From: Candidatus Bathyarchaeota archaeon
GTDB taxonomy: Archaea; Thermoproteota; Bathyarchaeia; Bathyarchaeales; Bathycorpusculaceae
DNA length: 64,000 bases
Direction: 5' to 3'
Assembly (NCBI GenBank): GCA_963772455.1
Contig: CAVYXJ010000021.1
Location: forward strand, 1-64,000
Every line of letters starts with the position of its first letter. Position 1 is the first letter of the stretch. The notes below the pieces were generated by a model. That model made no database searches and was not told where the DNA came from. It was given only the letters and a program-made list of their open reading frames with translations. The translations under genes and the position numbers were made by a program. Of this stretch, positions 43,108-53,514 are shown one piece after another.

Positions 43108-45745
43108 ATGAAACTTAATACAAACAAAAAAACTATGACTTTTGTAATCACTTCCATTCTACTACTAACTATCACTGCACAGATGCTACTATTACCCCCT
43201 ACTAATGCTCATACACCTAAATGGACTATCCCATCTTTTAGCTATGTAAGCGTAGCTCCATCTCCAGTCGGTGTCGGCCAGACAGTGCAAATTTACATGT
43301 GGGTCGATACACCTCTGCCTGGCGCCGTAATAACGAATGACATTAGACGACATGGCTACACATTAACAATAACCAAACCAGACGGAAACACTGTTACCCA
43401 AAACTGGGATTTAATCGATGACACAACGGGTGTTCAATTCTTCTCGTATACTCCAGATCAAATCGGAACCTACGCAATACTGTTCAACTACACTGGTCAA
43501 ACCTATACTTGGAGCGGCGACTATCAAAATGACTGCTTTCGGACCAGCAAGTGCAACAACAACCTTAACAGTGCAACAAGATCCATTACCAATACCTATT
43601 GATACCTATCCATTGCCAACAGAGTATTGGGCACGTCCAATAGAAGGACAAAATACAGTTTGGTACACTATTGCATCGAACTGGTTAAATGCCCCTTACA
43701 TTCGTACAGGTGCAACTTCCACTGGTGGCGCAGGCTGGGGTAGATACCAACCTAACGGCATTGGACCTGAAAGCTCTCACGTCATGTGGACAAAATCAAT
43801 CCAATACGGCGGAGTTGTTGGAGGCAATAACACAGCTGTCTCAGGCGAAACCTACTACATGGGTGGCTCATACCAAGTTAGATTCAGCAACGCCATCGTT
43901 ATGCAAGGAACACTATTCTATCAAGAGCCATACGGCAACTCTGGCGGCGGAGGAGATATCGTTGCAGTCGACTTAACAACTGGACAAGAACTTTGGCGCG
44001 TAAATTCAACAAGAACAGGCACATCCATAGTTCCAACACTAGGCTACCTTTATTCCTTCGAATCAGGCAACCAACACGGAGTCTTACCAAACGGTTTACT
44101 CATTGCACCAGTCACTGTAACTGGTCAAGGAACAGTTTGGCGAACATATGACCCAAGAACAGGCGTATTGACCTCAATGAACATCACAAACGTTCCATCA
44201 GGCTCAGCAGCAGGAAACCTGTCTCCATCATCAGGATCGTCAGCTTCAATCGGTGGTCCATTAGGCGAATACCTCATCTACACATTGACTAACCTTGGAA
44301 CAACAACCAACATCAAATATTACCTATCTCAGTGGAACTCTTCTAAGGTAATCGGTAACAACTTCAGTAACGGTGTGGGAACATGGTACTCAGGAAATGC
44401 AAATGCAAGTGCAACATCGGCATACGACTGGAACGTGTCAATTCCCTCGCTTAAAGGACAATGGAGCGTCTTCAGAGATGTTTTGTATAACGATAGGTTG
44501 CTGTTGCTTCAGGGCAGCTTCGGAACAGGTCCAAGAGACAATGGTGAAGGAGTTAACGTTACTGCAATCAGCCTTAACCCAGCAACAAGAGGACAGGTAC
44601 TATGGGCCAAATACTATGCACCAGCACCCAACAACGTAACTAGAGCATTAGTAGCAGTCGATGGAATAGCTGGAACATTTGTCACTGAAGACAAAGAGAC
44701 TTTAGAAATTAATGGTTATAGCTTAGCTGACGGCAACCACTTATGGACAACCGGACCAGTTGTAACTGAATGGGATACTCTAAGAAGAGATACACTAAGT
44801 GCATACGGCAGGCTATACGCTTCGGGCTATGACGGAATACTCTATTGCTATGATGACAAAACTGGCGAATTGCTATGGACATACGGTAACGGCGGAGTAG
44901 GCAACAGCACCTATGAAGGTCTCGGAACAGCATACGGTCACATGCCAATTTTCGTTGACGTAATTGCTGACGGCAAAGTATACCTTGGAACAACAGAGCA
45001 CTCACCTAACTCACCATTCTACAAGGACGTACAATATCGCTGCGTAAACGCCACAGATGGAACAGAAATCTGGACACTGACAGGTTGGGGCACAGGCATG
45101 TACGTCGGCGCTAACGACATTGTTGCAGACGGATACTTTGTCTACCTCAACTGCTATGACATGCAAATATACTCTGTTGGCAAAGGACCAAGCCAAATGA
45201 CAGTATACAGCTCCTGACGTATCAGTTGCATTAGGTTCATCAATCTCAATCAAAGGCACTATCACAGACATTTCTGCAGGTACACAACAACAACAACAAG
45301 CTGCAAGATTCCCCAATGGAGTTGCTGCAGTCTCTGACGCAAGCCAAAAACTATGGATGGAATACGTCTACATGCAAAAGCCACGACCAACCGACGCAAC
45401 AGGTGTACCAGTTACATTAAGCGTTGTCGATGCTAACGGTAACTACAGAGAAATCGGAACAACCACAAGTGACGCAGATGGATTCTTCAGTTTGAACTGG
45501 AAACCAGACATCGAAGGACAATACACAGTCTATGCATCATTCGGCAGGCTCTGCATCATACTGGCCATCACATGCAGTCACATCTTTTGCAGTTGATCCA
45601 GCAGCATCCAACAGCAGCACCAACAGCAGCACCACCACAATCAACAGCTGACATGTACTTTGTACCAGCAATCGCAGGTTTATTCGTCTTAATCATCATA
45701 GTACTAGTCTTGCTAGTGCTCATGATGCTTAGAAAACGGGCATAA
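43108..45745 (+). CDS. PQQ-like beta-propeller surface protein (paralog 5), split by about 4 insertions
   Basis: ORFs 43108-43602, 43418-45217 and 45357-45596 plus tail ..STADMYFVPAIAGLFVLIIIVLVLLVLMMLRKRA*; shifts near 43535, 45207, 45545 and 45607. Confidence 0.88.
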
Positions 45746-45809
45746 ACATACAAACAAACACAACTATCTTTCCCCTTTTTTAGTCTTTAAAAATGAATTG
45801 AGAAAAAAT

Positions 45810-45914
45810 GGGGCTGAGTAGGCTCTGATTAAAGTTTACGACAGTAGCCATAGTGTCGTTGAGCGTTTGCATTCGCTCCTTTCCCTAATGATCCAGAGCC
45901 TCAGCAAACCCTTT
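45810..45914 (+). ncRNA. Conserved multi-stem structured element downstream of propeller gene 5 (copy A)
   Basis: GCTGAG/CTCAGC, GGCTCTG/CAGAGCC and ATTA/TAAT closing two hairpins ACGACA/TGTCGT and GAGCG/CGCTC. Confidence 0.6.
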
Positions 45915-46035
45915 CAATTCAGAAAACCCTAAACTACAATCAAAAAAAGAAACAAATCTTTTATTCTTGGAATGTTTGTCCAAGAATCTATTTATTCTAA
46001 ATTTTTCCTAATATGCAGATATAACGGGAGTTTCA

Positions 46036-46370
46036 ATGGAAGACAGAGTATGTACACGTTGCCGATACCAAAGATGTAGAGGCAGGCAAAATGAAAAAGG
46101 TCACCTTAGAAGACAAAGCAAGTCCTAATTGTCAACTTTGAGGGGACATATTATGCTGTTGACAGTTATTGTACTCATTATGGCGGCGACCTTTCAGAAG
46201 GCAATTTAGAAGGCAAAATTATCACTTGTCCAGTTCATAAAGCAAGATTTGACATCACAACTGGAAAAGTAGTTTCACCCCCTACTGAAGCACTCGATCG
46301 CCCAGATATAGAAAACCTGCAAACATTCACCTTGAAAATTTTAAACCAAGAAATTCTAATTAAAAAATGA
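46036..46370 (+). CDS. Rieske [2Fe-2S] ferredoxin, missed by ORF track because of 2 insertions
   Basis: TEYVHVADTKDVEAGKMKKV.. / ..YYAVDSYCTHYGGDLSEG..ITCPVHKARFDITTG..IKK*. Confidence 0.85.
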
Positions 46371-46508
46371 ATTGTTTTCTTGATTCCTGTAAAAAGTAGA
46401 TAGGAAAAAAGATTTGGTAAAAGTCTTGTGAATAACTATTTAATTTTGAAAGAAAAGAATACGGTCGTAACAACAAATGTTTTAAGTTACAAATCATAGA
46501 AGTAATGT

Positions 46509-47414
46509 ATGAACGGCTTTTCATTGGTTTTACTTGGCGTTGTTTTATTTGTAGTTGGTTATGCTTTATGGAAAATTCAAGGAAAATTAAAAGAAGTAAC
46601 CTTAGCTGTCGATTCTGGCTTTAAAACAATTGAAGATGGAATCACCCAAAACCTACTAGGGGCAAATGGAGCGCTCACAAAAGCAACAATCGCAGTCGAC
46701 CAAAATTACGCCACCATCAACAATGGAATCAACAACAATATTTTTGGACCAACCGGGTTGTTGAGCAAGAGTCGATATATCATGAATTACGCCAATTCTA
46801 TTTGTATAAATGTAGGCAATGACATCTACGCTGGAAAACTAATACTACAAAATGACATTCGAAAAACAACAGGTGACATCGAAATTATACTTGATGACAC
46901 TGGCAAACCCTTAATTGATGTTGGAAAATGGCTATACAAAGTAGGCGATGACATCGACATCGATATTGCAGGAGCTCATCCATTTGCAGGTTTGGCAAAA
47001 CCATTCCATGACACCGGAAACACAACTAAGAACATAGGTGGTTTGTGCTTATCAGCTGAAAATAAACTCAAGTCAGCAGATTTAAAAATAATGCAAGCTG
47101 AAACCTCGCTAGAGGATATTTCATTAAAAGTTAAAGCTTTAGGACCAGAAATTATTCATGTTAGAGACTACATTGATTCTTCTTTCACTAACGGAATCAA
47201 CGCTTCGCTAAATAATCTAAAACAAGTGACAGATAACGTCAAGATTCTTTTCTCTACTTTGGAAAATGGTGCTCAAACTTCAGTTAATAATTTAAAAACT
47301 GCAAATAGCTATCTGGATTCGTTATTAAACAACATCTTTCAAAAACAATTGATAGTTGGTTTGTTTTCTGCTGGGATTATTCTTATCTTGACTGGTGTAG
47401 CAATTGGTCTTTAA
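46509..47414 (+). CDS. Hypothetical protein with N- and C-terminal TM helices and a long helical loop
   Basis: Hydrophobic ends, heptad-like Asn/Ile/Leu-rich middle. Confidence 0.75.
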   Translation: MNGFSLVLLGVVLFVVGYALWKIQGKLKEVTLAVDSGFKTIEDGITQNLLGANGALTKATIAVDQNYATINNGINNNIFGPTGLLSKSRYIMNYANSICINVGNDIYAGKLILQNDIRKTTGDIEIILDDTGKPLIDVGKWLYKVGDDIDIDIAGAHPFAGLAKPFHDTGNTTKNIGGLCLSAENKLKSADLKIMQAETSLEDISLKVKALGPEIIHVRDYIDSSFTNGINASLNNLKQVTDNVKILFSTLENGAQTSVNNLKTANSYLDSLLNNIFQKQLIVGLFSAGIILILTGVAIGL

Positions 47415-47669
47415 TATTCAAAAGTGCTGCCTAAGACCTTGGAACTTATAGACTGAAAGTGGATTCCAAAATTACTCAGGAAATTAAGTAAAAAGACAGC
47501 AGATCTAATGAAATTATTTTGAGGTTCATATTCTAAATTTTTTTCTTATATCTAAAATATTGATATCTGTGTTCCAAGGCATTAAATCCAAAATCTTTTC
47601 AATGCTCATCAGAACTTACTTTAAACACTTCTAATTAGTTTTGGACAATAAAAAAAGGGAAAAAGGGTT

Positions 47670-48242
47670 TTAGGTCATTACTGGCGGTGGTGGTGGCGGC
47701 ACTTGATATTGTGTAGAAGTTGAGTTTGTTGGAATTTGGAAGAATGCTACGAGTATAAGTATCCAAGCTATGAAGATCAAGAATAAACCAACAATGAATA
47801 TTGTCAGAATCGCGCCGATAAGCAACAGTAAACCCCCCGTCCTGAATAGCCCAACTCCTGATTTGGTTGCAAGAGAATTAAATGCTCTTCGAATATAGAT
47901 AGCTTCGAGCAAATAGAAAACAAATGCAATGCCAAGAAATAGGATAAGCCCTCCTATGAGTCCTATTATGCCTGCTGCATCGCCTACCCCCAAAGCTGTA
48001 GTAGTAAATATTCCGCCGAAAAACAACGATACAAGAGCCAATCCAGAACCGATTATGCCAATGATCCCAAAGATTACTGCATAGAGTGTGTTCTTCCATA
48101 TGCTTTCGTCATTGTACGCCTGTGACAAGTTCTTCATGCCTATGAGAACCATTATTATGCCAACGATGCTCAGAAATGGAACTGGTATTACTAAAAATAT
48201 TGAACCAATGCCAGCTAAATTTTTTCCTGATTCTAAAGTCAT
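47670..48242 (-). CDS. DUF996 family membrane protein
   Basis: K.LAGIGSI, GIIMVLIGMK.LS..Y....IW.N, LFRTGG, GAILTI..VG, AWIL...AFF; Pro-rich tail. Confidence 0.85.
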   Translation of the reverse strand: MTLESGKNLAGIGSIFLVIPVPFLSIVGIIMVLIGMKNLSQAYNDESIWKNTLYAVIFGIIGIIGSGLALVSLFFGGIFTTTALGVGDAAGIIGLIGGLILFLGIAFVFYLLEAIYIRRAFNSLATKSGVGLFRTGGLLLLIGAILTIFIVGLFLIFIAWILILVAFFQIPTNSTSTQYQVPPPPPPVMT

Positions 48243-48509
48243 TCCATAACCTCTGGGTTTTATTTTATTTTGAATTGCATAAAAGCTTTGCCACCGTGTA
48301 ACATTGATAGCAAAAGAATGAAGCAATCTAAAGAACATGTTAGAGCACAAGCAAGTCAAGTAGAAGCGAACTAATTTATGAGATCTCCCTCAGCTAAGTG
48401 AGTCACTCCGACTTACACTCTTAGCCAACGTTCTGATTTATTTTAGATAATTATAAATACGAACAAACAAGTTATTGAAAGCAAGCTTACATTCTGAGAG
48501 CACTTACGC

Positions 48510-49529
48510 ATGACCCTGTCAAAAAAACCAATATTCATGGTAATAGCAGTGTTCATATTGGTTATAGCGGTCATTTCAAGTTCAGTTATTTACCTCGACT
48601 TTCAATCACCTTTCTCCAAAAAAGCAGACTCCATAATTATTGGAAATGCCCAGTCATTTGAATGTGACACCCTTGTCTATATCGCTCAACAACAGAACTA
48701 CTTTGTACAAAATGGTCTAAACGTAACAATTATGAATTATACTTCAGGTATGGCTGCAGTCAATGATGTATTGAATGGAAAATTGGACATTGCTGCTACA
48801 GCCGAGTTTCCGTTAGTTGTTAACGCATTAAAGGGCGAAAATATTAGCGCTTTGGCAGGAATAGGCAAATTCCAGCTTCAAGACTTAATAGCCAGAAAAG
48901 ACCGAGGAATAGAAACAATCTCTGACCTAGTGGGAAAAACGATAGGTGTGCCCCTTGGAACAATTTCTCAATTCTACTTGGGCAGATTCCTTGAACTCAA
49001 CGGTTTAAGCCTTCAAGACGTTACAGTTGTTAATGTGACTCCATCCGGAGCTAAGGATGCAATTATCAACGGAACAGTTGATGCTGTCATTATTTGGCAA
49101 CCTTACGCTTATACAATAGAAGATCAGTTAGGCAGCAATGCAATAGTCTGGTCTCCACAAAGTAATCAAGCACTCTACATAGTTGAAGTCGCTAACAACA
49201 ACTGGATTAAAGAAAACCCCGCCATCGTATCTCGTTTTGTTAAATCTTTGGCTCAAGCTGAGACTTACTACTTTAACAATCCATCTGAGACTGAAGACAT
49301 GATACAACAAGGATTGAACTATACCGATGGGTACATGTCAGCAGTTTGGCCAAACCAGCAGATTTCACTTTCACTTGACCAAAGTCTAATAATATCAATG
49401 GATGATGAAGCAAGATGGATGATAAACAACAAACTTACAGATGCAACAGTCATCCCCAACTTTTTAAATAACTTCTACTTAGACGGTCTAATTGGCATTA
49501 AACCTGACTCAGTAACAATTATTTATTAA
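48510..49529 (+). CDS. SsuA/TauA/NMT1-like solute-binding protein (1)
   Basis: N-anchor, YIAQQQNYF.QNGLNV, G.LDIA, I.TISDL.GK.IGV..GT, G.VDA...WQP. Confidence 0.9.
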   Translation: MTLSKKPIFMVIAVFILVIAVISSSVIYLDFQSPFSKKADSIIIGNAQSFECDTLVYIAQQQNYFVQNGLNVTIMNYTSGMAAVNDVLNGKLDIAATAEFPLVVNALKGENISALAGIGKFQLQDLIARKDRGIETISDLVGKTIGVPLGTISQFYLGRFLELNGLSLQDVTVVNVTPSGAKDAIINGTVDAVIIWQPYAYTIEDQLGSNAIVWSPQSNQALYIVEVANNNWIKENPAIVSRFVKSLAQAETYYFNNPSETEDMIQQGLNYTDGYMSAVWPNQQISLSLDQSLIISMDDEARWMINNKLTDATVIPNFLNNFYLDGLIGIKPDSVTIIY

Positions 49530-49540
49530 AGGCGAAAAAA

Positions 49541-50557
49541 ATGGTTCTAAAAAAGAATAAAAAAGCCATTGCAGCTGCATTATTGATTATTTTTACCATT
49601 TCATCGATTTCAGTTGTTTTTCTAATTTTTAACCATCAAAATAATCAGTTAAGAGAAACCAATTCAATAACTGTGGCTATTCCGCAGCTTGAACAAAATG
49701 CATTACTGTACATTGCATCTAATCAAGGATTCTTTGAAAATAACGGCCTAAATGTAACGATAAAAAACTTTGACTCCGGAGTAACTTCACTCAATGCATT
49801 GTTAACTGGAGAAGCAGACATAGCAGAATGTGCCGAATTTCCATTCGTTAATGCCGTCTGCAAAAACAATTCGATTTCTGTAATAACTGTTAACGACAAA
49901 TTTGAGAATGATTATTTAGTTGGCTTAAAAAGTCATGGAATCGAAACCGTTTCTGACTTAAAAGGTAAAACAATAGGTGTAACTAAAGGTACCATAGCTG
50001 AATTTTATCTTGGTCGTTTTCTATATCTGAACGGTATGAGTTTGGATGACGTGAACGTCGTCAACGTTGTTCCAAAAGAATATGTTAAGGCAGTTGCTGA
50101 TGGAACAGTTGATGCTCTTGTAGCATGGCAACCGTATATTGATCAGATACAAACTGAAGTTGATGAAATTGTTACTTGGCAAGTTCAAAGTGGCCAGGAT
50201 GTATATGGAGTTCTAGTCTGCAACAACTCTTGGATAACACAACACTCAGATATAGTTGAGCATTTTCTTAAAGCCCTTAAAGAAGCAGAAGCTTACGCAT
50301 TTAACCAAATAGACAATGCAAAAGTTATTGTGGAAAACGATTTGAATTATAGCCATTCATATGTATCAAATATTTGGTCTAAGCATAATTACAAACTATC
50401 GCTTGATCAATCACTTGTCACTGCCATGAAAGATGAGGCGCAGTGGATGATTAACAATAAACTCATTAATCAGATGCTGGTTCCTAATTTTTCAGATTAC
50501 ATTTACATCGATGGACTTGAAATAGTAAAACCCGACTCAATAACCGTTATCAAGTAG
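49541..50557 (+). CDS. SsuA/TauA/NMT1-like solute-binding protein (2)
   Basis: Tandem paralog sharing AEFP, FYLGRFL, SLDQSL, DEA.WMI, KPDS. Confidence 0.9.
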   Translation: MVLKKNKKAIAAALLIIFTISSISVVFLIFNHQNNQLRETNSITVAIPQLEQNALLYIASNQGFFENNGLNVTIKNFDSGVTSLNALLTGEADIAECAEFPFVNAVCKNNSISVITVNDKFENDYLVGLKSHGIETVSDLKGKTIGVTKGTIAEFYLGRFLYLNGMSLDDVNVVNVVPKEYVKAVADGTVDALVAWQPYIDQIQTEVDEIVTWQVQSGQDVYGVLVCNNSWITQHSDIVEHFLKALKEAEAYAFNQIDNAKVIVENDLNYSHSYVSNIWSKHNYKLSLDQSLVTAMKDEAQWMINNKLINQMLVPNFSDYIYIDGLEIVKPDSITVIK

Positions 50558-50565
50558 GGAATTAA

Positions 50566-51990
50566 ATGAGAATTAGATCACAATTCACAATTACTCTGAT
50601 AATCTTTAGCTTCATAGTAATTATTATTGGGGCATCGATGGTATTTACTTCTCAACAAGTAACTAAAACTAGAATGCAGGAAAATCTTGCAACTAGAATA
50701 GTACATGCTTCTAGCGATTTGACTTACCTCTCAAATGATTATGTTTTCTATAAAGGCAGCCAGCAACTTTACCAATGGCAAGCAAGGTATGAATCTTTTT
50801 CTAATGACGTAGAGAGTCTGAGCGTTGATAAACCTGAGCAACAGGCACTTGTACAAAGTGTGGAAACAAACCAGCGTCAAATGAAGATAGTTTTTGATAG
50901 CATTGTATCCAGCGTTGGAACTTCTCAAAATCAGGATGCAAACCAAACTTTATCGAAGCTTCAAGTTTCTTGGAGCCGAATGTCAATTCAAAGCCTAATA
51001 TTGATAGATGATGCTTCAAAATTGGCAGAGTTGCTTGGTGCTCAAGTAGATCAGCTAAATATTGTAAATATAGTGCTTATTTTCTTGATGATAGGAACAT
51101 TCAGCGTATTTCTTGCAGTTATTTATTTTCAAACCTTCAGGCGCACGCTCAAATCAATAAATGAACTGCGAGCCGGAACCGATATTATTGGTTTAGGAAA
51201 TTTAGATTTTAAGCTCAAAGATAATAAAAATGATGAAATCAGTGAATTATCCCATGCTTTTAACCAGATGACTACTAACCTTAAGACTGCAAACGGTAAG
51301 TTGAAGGATTCAGAAAGATTAGCTGCGATTGGTGCCACTGCAGGAATGGTTGGACATGACATCCGCAACCCACTGCAAGCAATAACTAGCGATGTTTATT
51401 TAATGAAAACAGAATTAGCCGATCTTCCCGAAAGCGAAGAAAAGAAGAATTCAGTTGAAAGCCTTGAAGAAATTGAAAAGAACATTGATTACATCAACAA
51501 GATTGTTGCGGACTTGCAGGATTTCGCTCGGCCACTGAAACCTAACGTAGAAGAAGCTAACTTTAAAACTATATTAGATGAGTTGTTTGAAAGAAGCATA
51601 TTACCTGAGAATATTGATGTTACTGTTAAAATTCAACCCGAAACAATGAAGTTGGTTGCTGATTGCAATTATCTAACCCGTATCATGTATAATTTAGTTA
51701 CTAATGCAGTTCAAGCAATGCCAAGTGGTGGCAAACTAACTATTCAGGCATACAATGAAGCGAATTATTCCTTTATAACGGTCAATGATACGGGTGTTGG
51801 AATTCCTGACAGTGTGAAAGAAAAATTATTTACCCCAATGTTCACCACTAAATCAAAAGGGCAAGGCTTCGGATTAGCAGTAATTAAGAGAATGACTGAG
51901 GCATTAGGCGGCACAGTTTCTTTTGAAAGTAAAGAGGGGAAAGGAACAACTTTCATTGTTCGATTGCCTTCCTGCTCAAAGAGTCAATAG
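50566..51990 (+). CDS. Sensor histidine kinase (2 TM, extracellular helical domain, HAMP, HisKA, HATPase)
   Basis: GNLD..DEISELSHAFNQM HAMP, GHDIRNPL, NAVQAM, DTGVGI, GQGFGL. Confidence 0.93.
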   Translation: MRIRSQFTITLIIFSFIVIIIGASMVFTSQQVTKTRMQENLATRIVHASSDLTYLSNDYVFYKGSQQLYQWQARYESFSNDVESLSVDKPEQQALVQSVETNQRQMKIVFDSIVSSVGTSQNQDANQTLSKLQVSWSRMSIQSLILIDDASKLAELLGAQVDQLNIVNIVLIFLMIGTFSVFLAVIYFQTFRRTLKSINELRAGTDIIGLGNLDFKLKDNKNDEISELSHAFNQMTTNLKTANGKLKDSERLAAIGATAGMVGHDIRNPLQAITSDVYLMKTELADLPESEEKKNSVESLEEIEKNIDYINKIVADLQDFARPLKPNVEEANFKTILDELFERSILPENIDVTVKIQPETMKLVADCNYLTRIMYNLVTNAVQAMPSGGKLTIQAYNEANYSFITVNDTGVGIPDSVKEKLFTPMFTTKSKGQGFGLAVIKRMTEALGGTVSFESKEGKGTTFIVRLPSCSKSQ

Positions 51991-52018
51991 CAATCGGAAA
52001 AGTGGCCTAAGACATGAA

Positions 52019-52288
52019 TCAAATTTTATTTATTGCATCTATGACGACTTCTAAGACTTGGTGAGTCAGGTTTTCTTCAGTTAATATTTGTCCACCTAAC
52101 TTTTTATGTTCAATTATATGATTTTTTATAGCTTTTTTCATTGCGGATAAATCTGGAAGAACTAAAATTTTAACTCCACATGAACAACAAAAAACAGGCA
52201 TTTTTCCATGAACTTCTTCATTGCGACATTTTGAATTATTAATGCTTTCGTTTGTTGATTTCAATCGATAATAATCGCCCCATACCAT
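52019..52288 (-). CDS. Small CxCG...HxxxH putative Zn-binding protein (paralog of 31226)
   Basis: MPVFCCSCGVKILVLPDLSAMKKAIKNHIIEH..LTEENLT. Confidence 0.7.
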   Translation of the reverse strand: MVWGDYYRLKSTNESINNSKCRNEEVHGKMPVFCCSCGVKILVLPDLSAMKKAIKNHIIEHKKLGGQILTEENLTHQVLEVVIDAINKI

Positions 52289-52571
52289 CTAGATTCGTCT
52301 ATCGCAAGATAATGTTTTTTACAACGTTGACTTCGCACATTTTGTAAGCACTACTTCGCAAGGTTGCAAACCAAAGTTAACAAAATTCGTTATTTTCACT
52401 TCTTAACAAGCTTTTTGAACTAATTTGATCTATTAAGAAGCGGTTATTGGTTGTGACCGGTTTATCCCTTTCTCCTTTCCGGAAAAACTCACAAACCTTA
52501 ACCCCATCAAAGACACAAAACTCTTAGATCAGTCGTTCGCTCATGTCAGAATAAACACTCAAGCCAAAATC

Positions 52572-52841
52572 CTAAGGCTTCATTTTGATGGTTGCGTTTG
52601 AAGGCTTAACTTTAAAAAATGTTAGAATCCCAATTCCGCGTTCAGTTATTGAGTAACTTAGATTTGCACCTGTTGTTTCCTCGGATATTATTTTGTTTTT
52701 TGATAGAAAATCAATTGCGTTCTTTAAAACAACTGGGGGAAGATTTCTTAAAAAAGAATTTATTTGAATGTTCGTCTGAGGGCCATATTCTAGGAGGAAC
52801 TTGATAATGTCTATGTAGTCCGTTAGCAAGCTATTTTCCAT
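52572..52841 (-). CDS. Winged helix-turn-helix protein
   Basis: YIDIIKFL...GP, L...IDFL.KNKII, YSITERG. Confidence 0.75.
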   Translation of the reverse strand: MENSLLTDYIDIIKFLLEYGPQTNIQINSFLRNLPPVVLKNAIDFLSKNKIISEETTGANLSYSITERGIGILTFFKVKPSNATIKMKP

Positions 52842-53514
52842 ATGAATGACTCTAACACCATAAATTACTTGTTGAAAAATATATATCTTACCAAAGATTT
52901 AAAAAAAAAGTTAGACGAAAATATTTGTTATATGTGCAATTTTTATGATGACTTTTCGAGTCAATTGTAATTTTTATGTTTTTCTGAATCCTTATCTTTT
53001 TTGAACTTGACATCAATCGTATCCTTTCAACTAAAGAATTAACTAAGATCTAAGTAATAGTCTCAAAATTAGACTGTCAAGCTATAAAAAAGAAGTTAAC
53101 TTTAAATTACCAACCATCTGGGTTGATTCGTGTAAGTATTTGAGCCAAGGTGACATAATCAAAATCTGAACTATCTAACATTTCACTAAAGATATCTTCA
53201 ACCAAATTCATCCCTCATCAAACAATTCCTTTTTTGTTCGTGTATCCTCAGAAGATAATGCCTTCTCAAGACTTAAGAAGCATATTCCAAAAATCGAAAT
53301 ATATCAAAAATCCTAATTTCTTTTGCTAACGAAATTTGGCGTTCACTCTTTTTGTTTCGGATGTTGATTTACTATTTCCAATATTCGATTTTGAAGTTCA
53401 TCAACATCATTTATTCCACCAATTCTATAGAGAAGGAACGATATATTTCGAACTAAACTATTCTTGAAAGCATGAAGCTTATATTTGCAGATTACAAAAG
53501 TAATGTGATTAGAC

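Noticed and set aside
45598-45640. Short tandem repeat CCAACAGCAGCA
   Set aside because: Encodes the Pro/Thr/Ala linker of propeller 5; not a CRISPR or VNTR
5432-45745. Diversity-generating retroelement acting on the propeller paralogs
   Set aside because: No reverse transcriptase in the window; differences between similar tracts are mainly synonymous third-position changes, not adenine-specific
45810-45914. Cobalamin riboswitch (opposite strand shows AGGGAA...GCTACTGT; the 8126-8226 copy has GCTACTGTAA)
   Set aside because: No CCC before GCTACTG to pair with GGG, no B12-box, and G-U pairs favour the other strand
53106-53430. Possible decayed gene on the minus strand (fragments DELQNRILEIVNQHP and EDIFSEMLDSSDFDYVTLAQIL)
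   Set aside because: Multiple stops and no recognisable family; too weak to call
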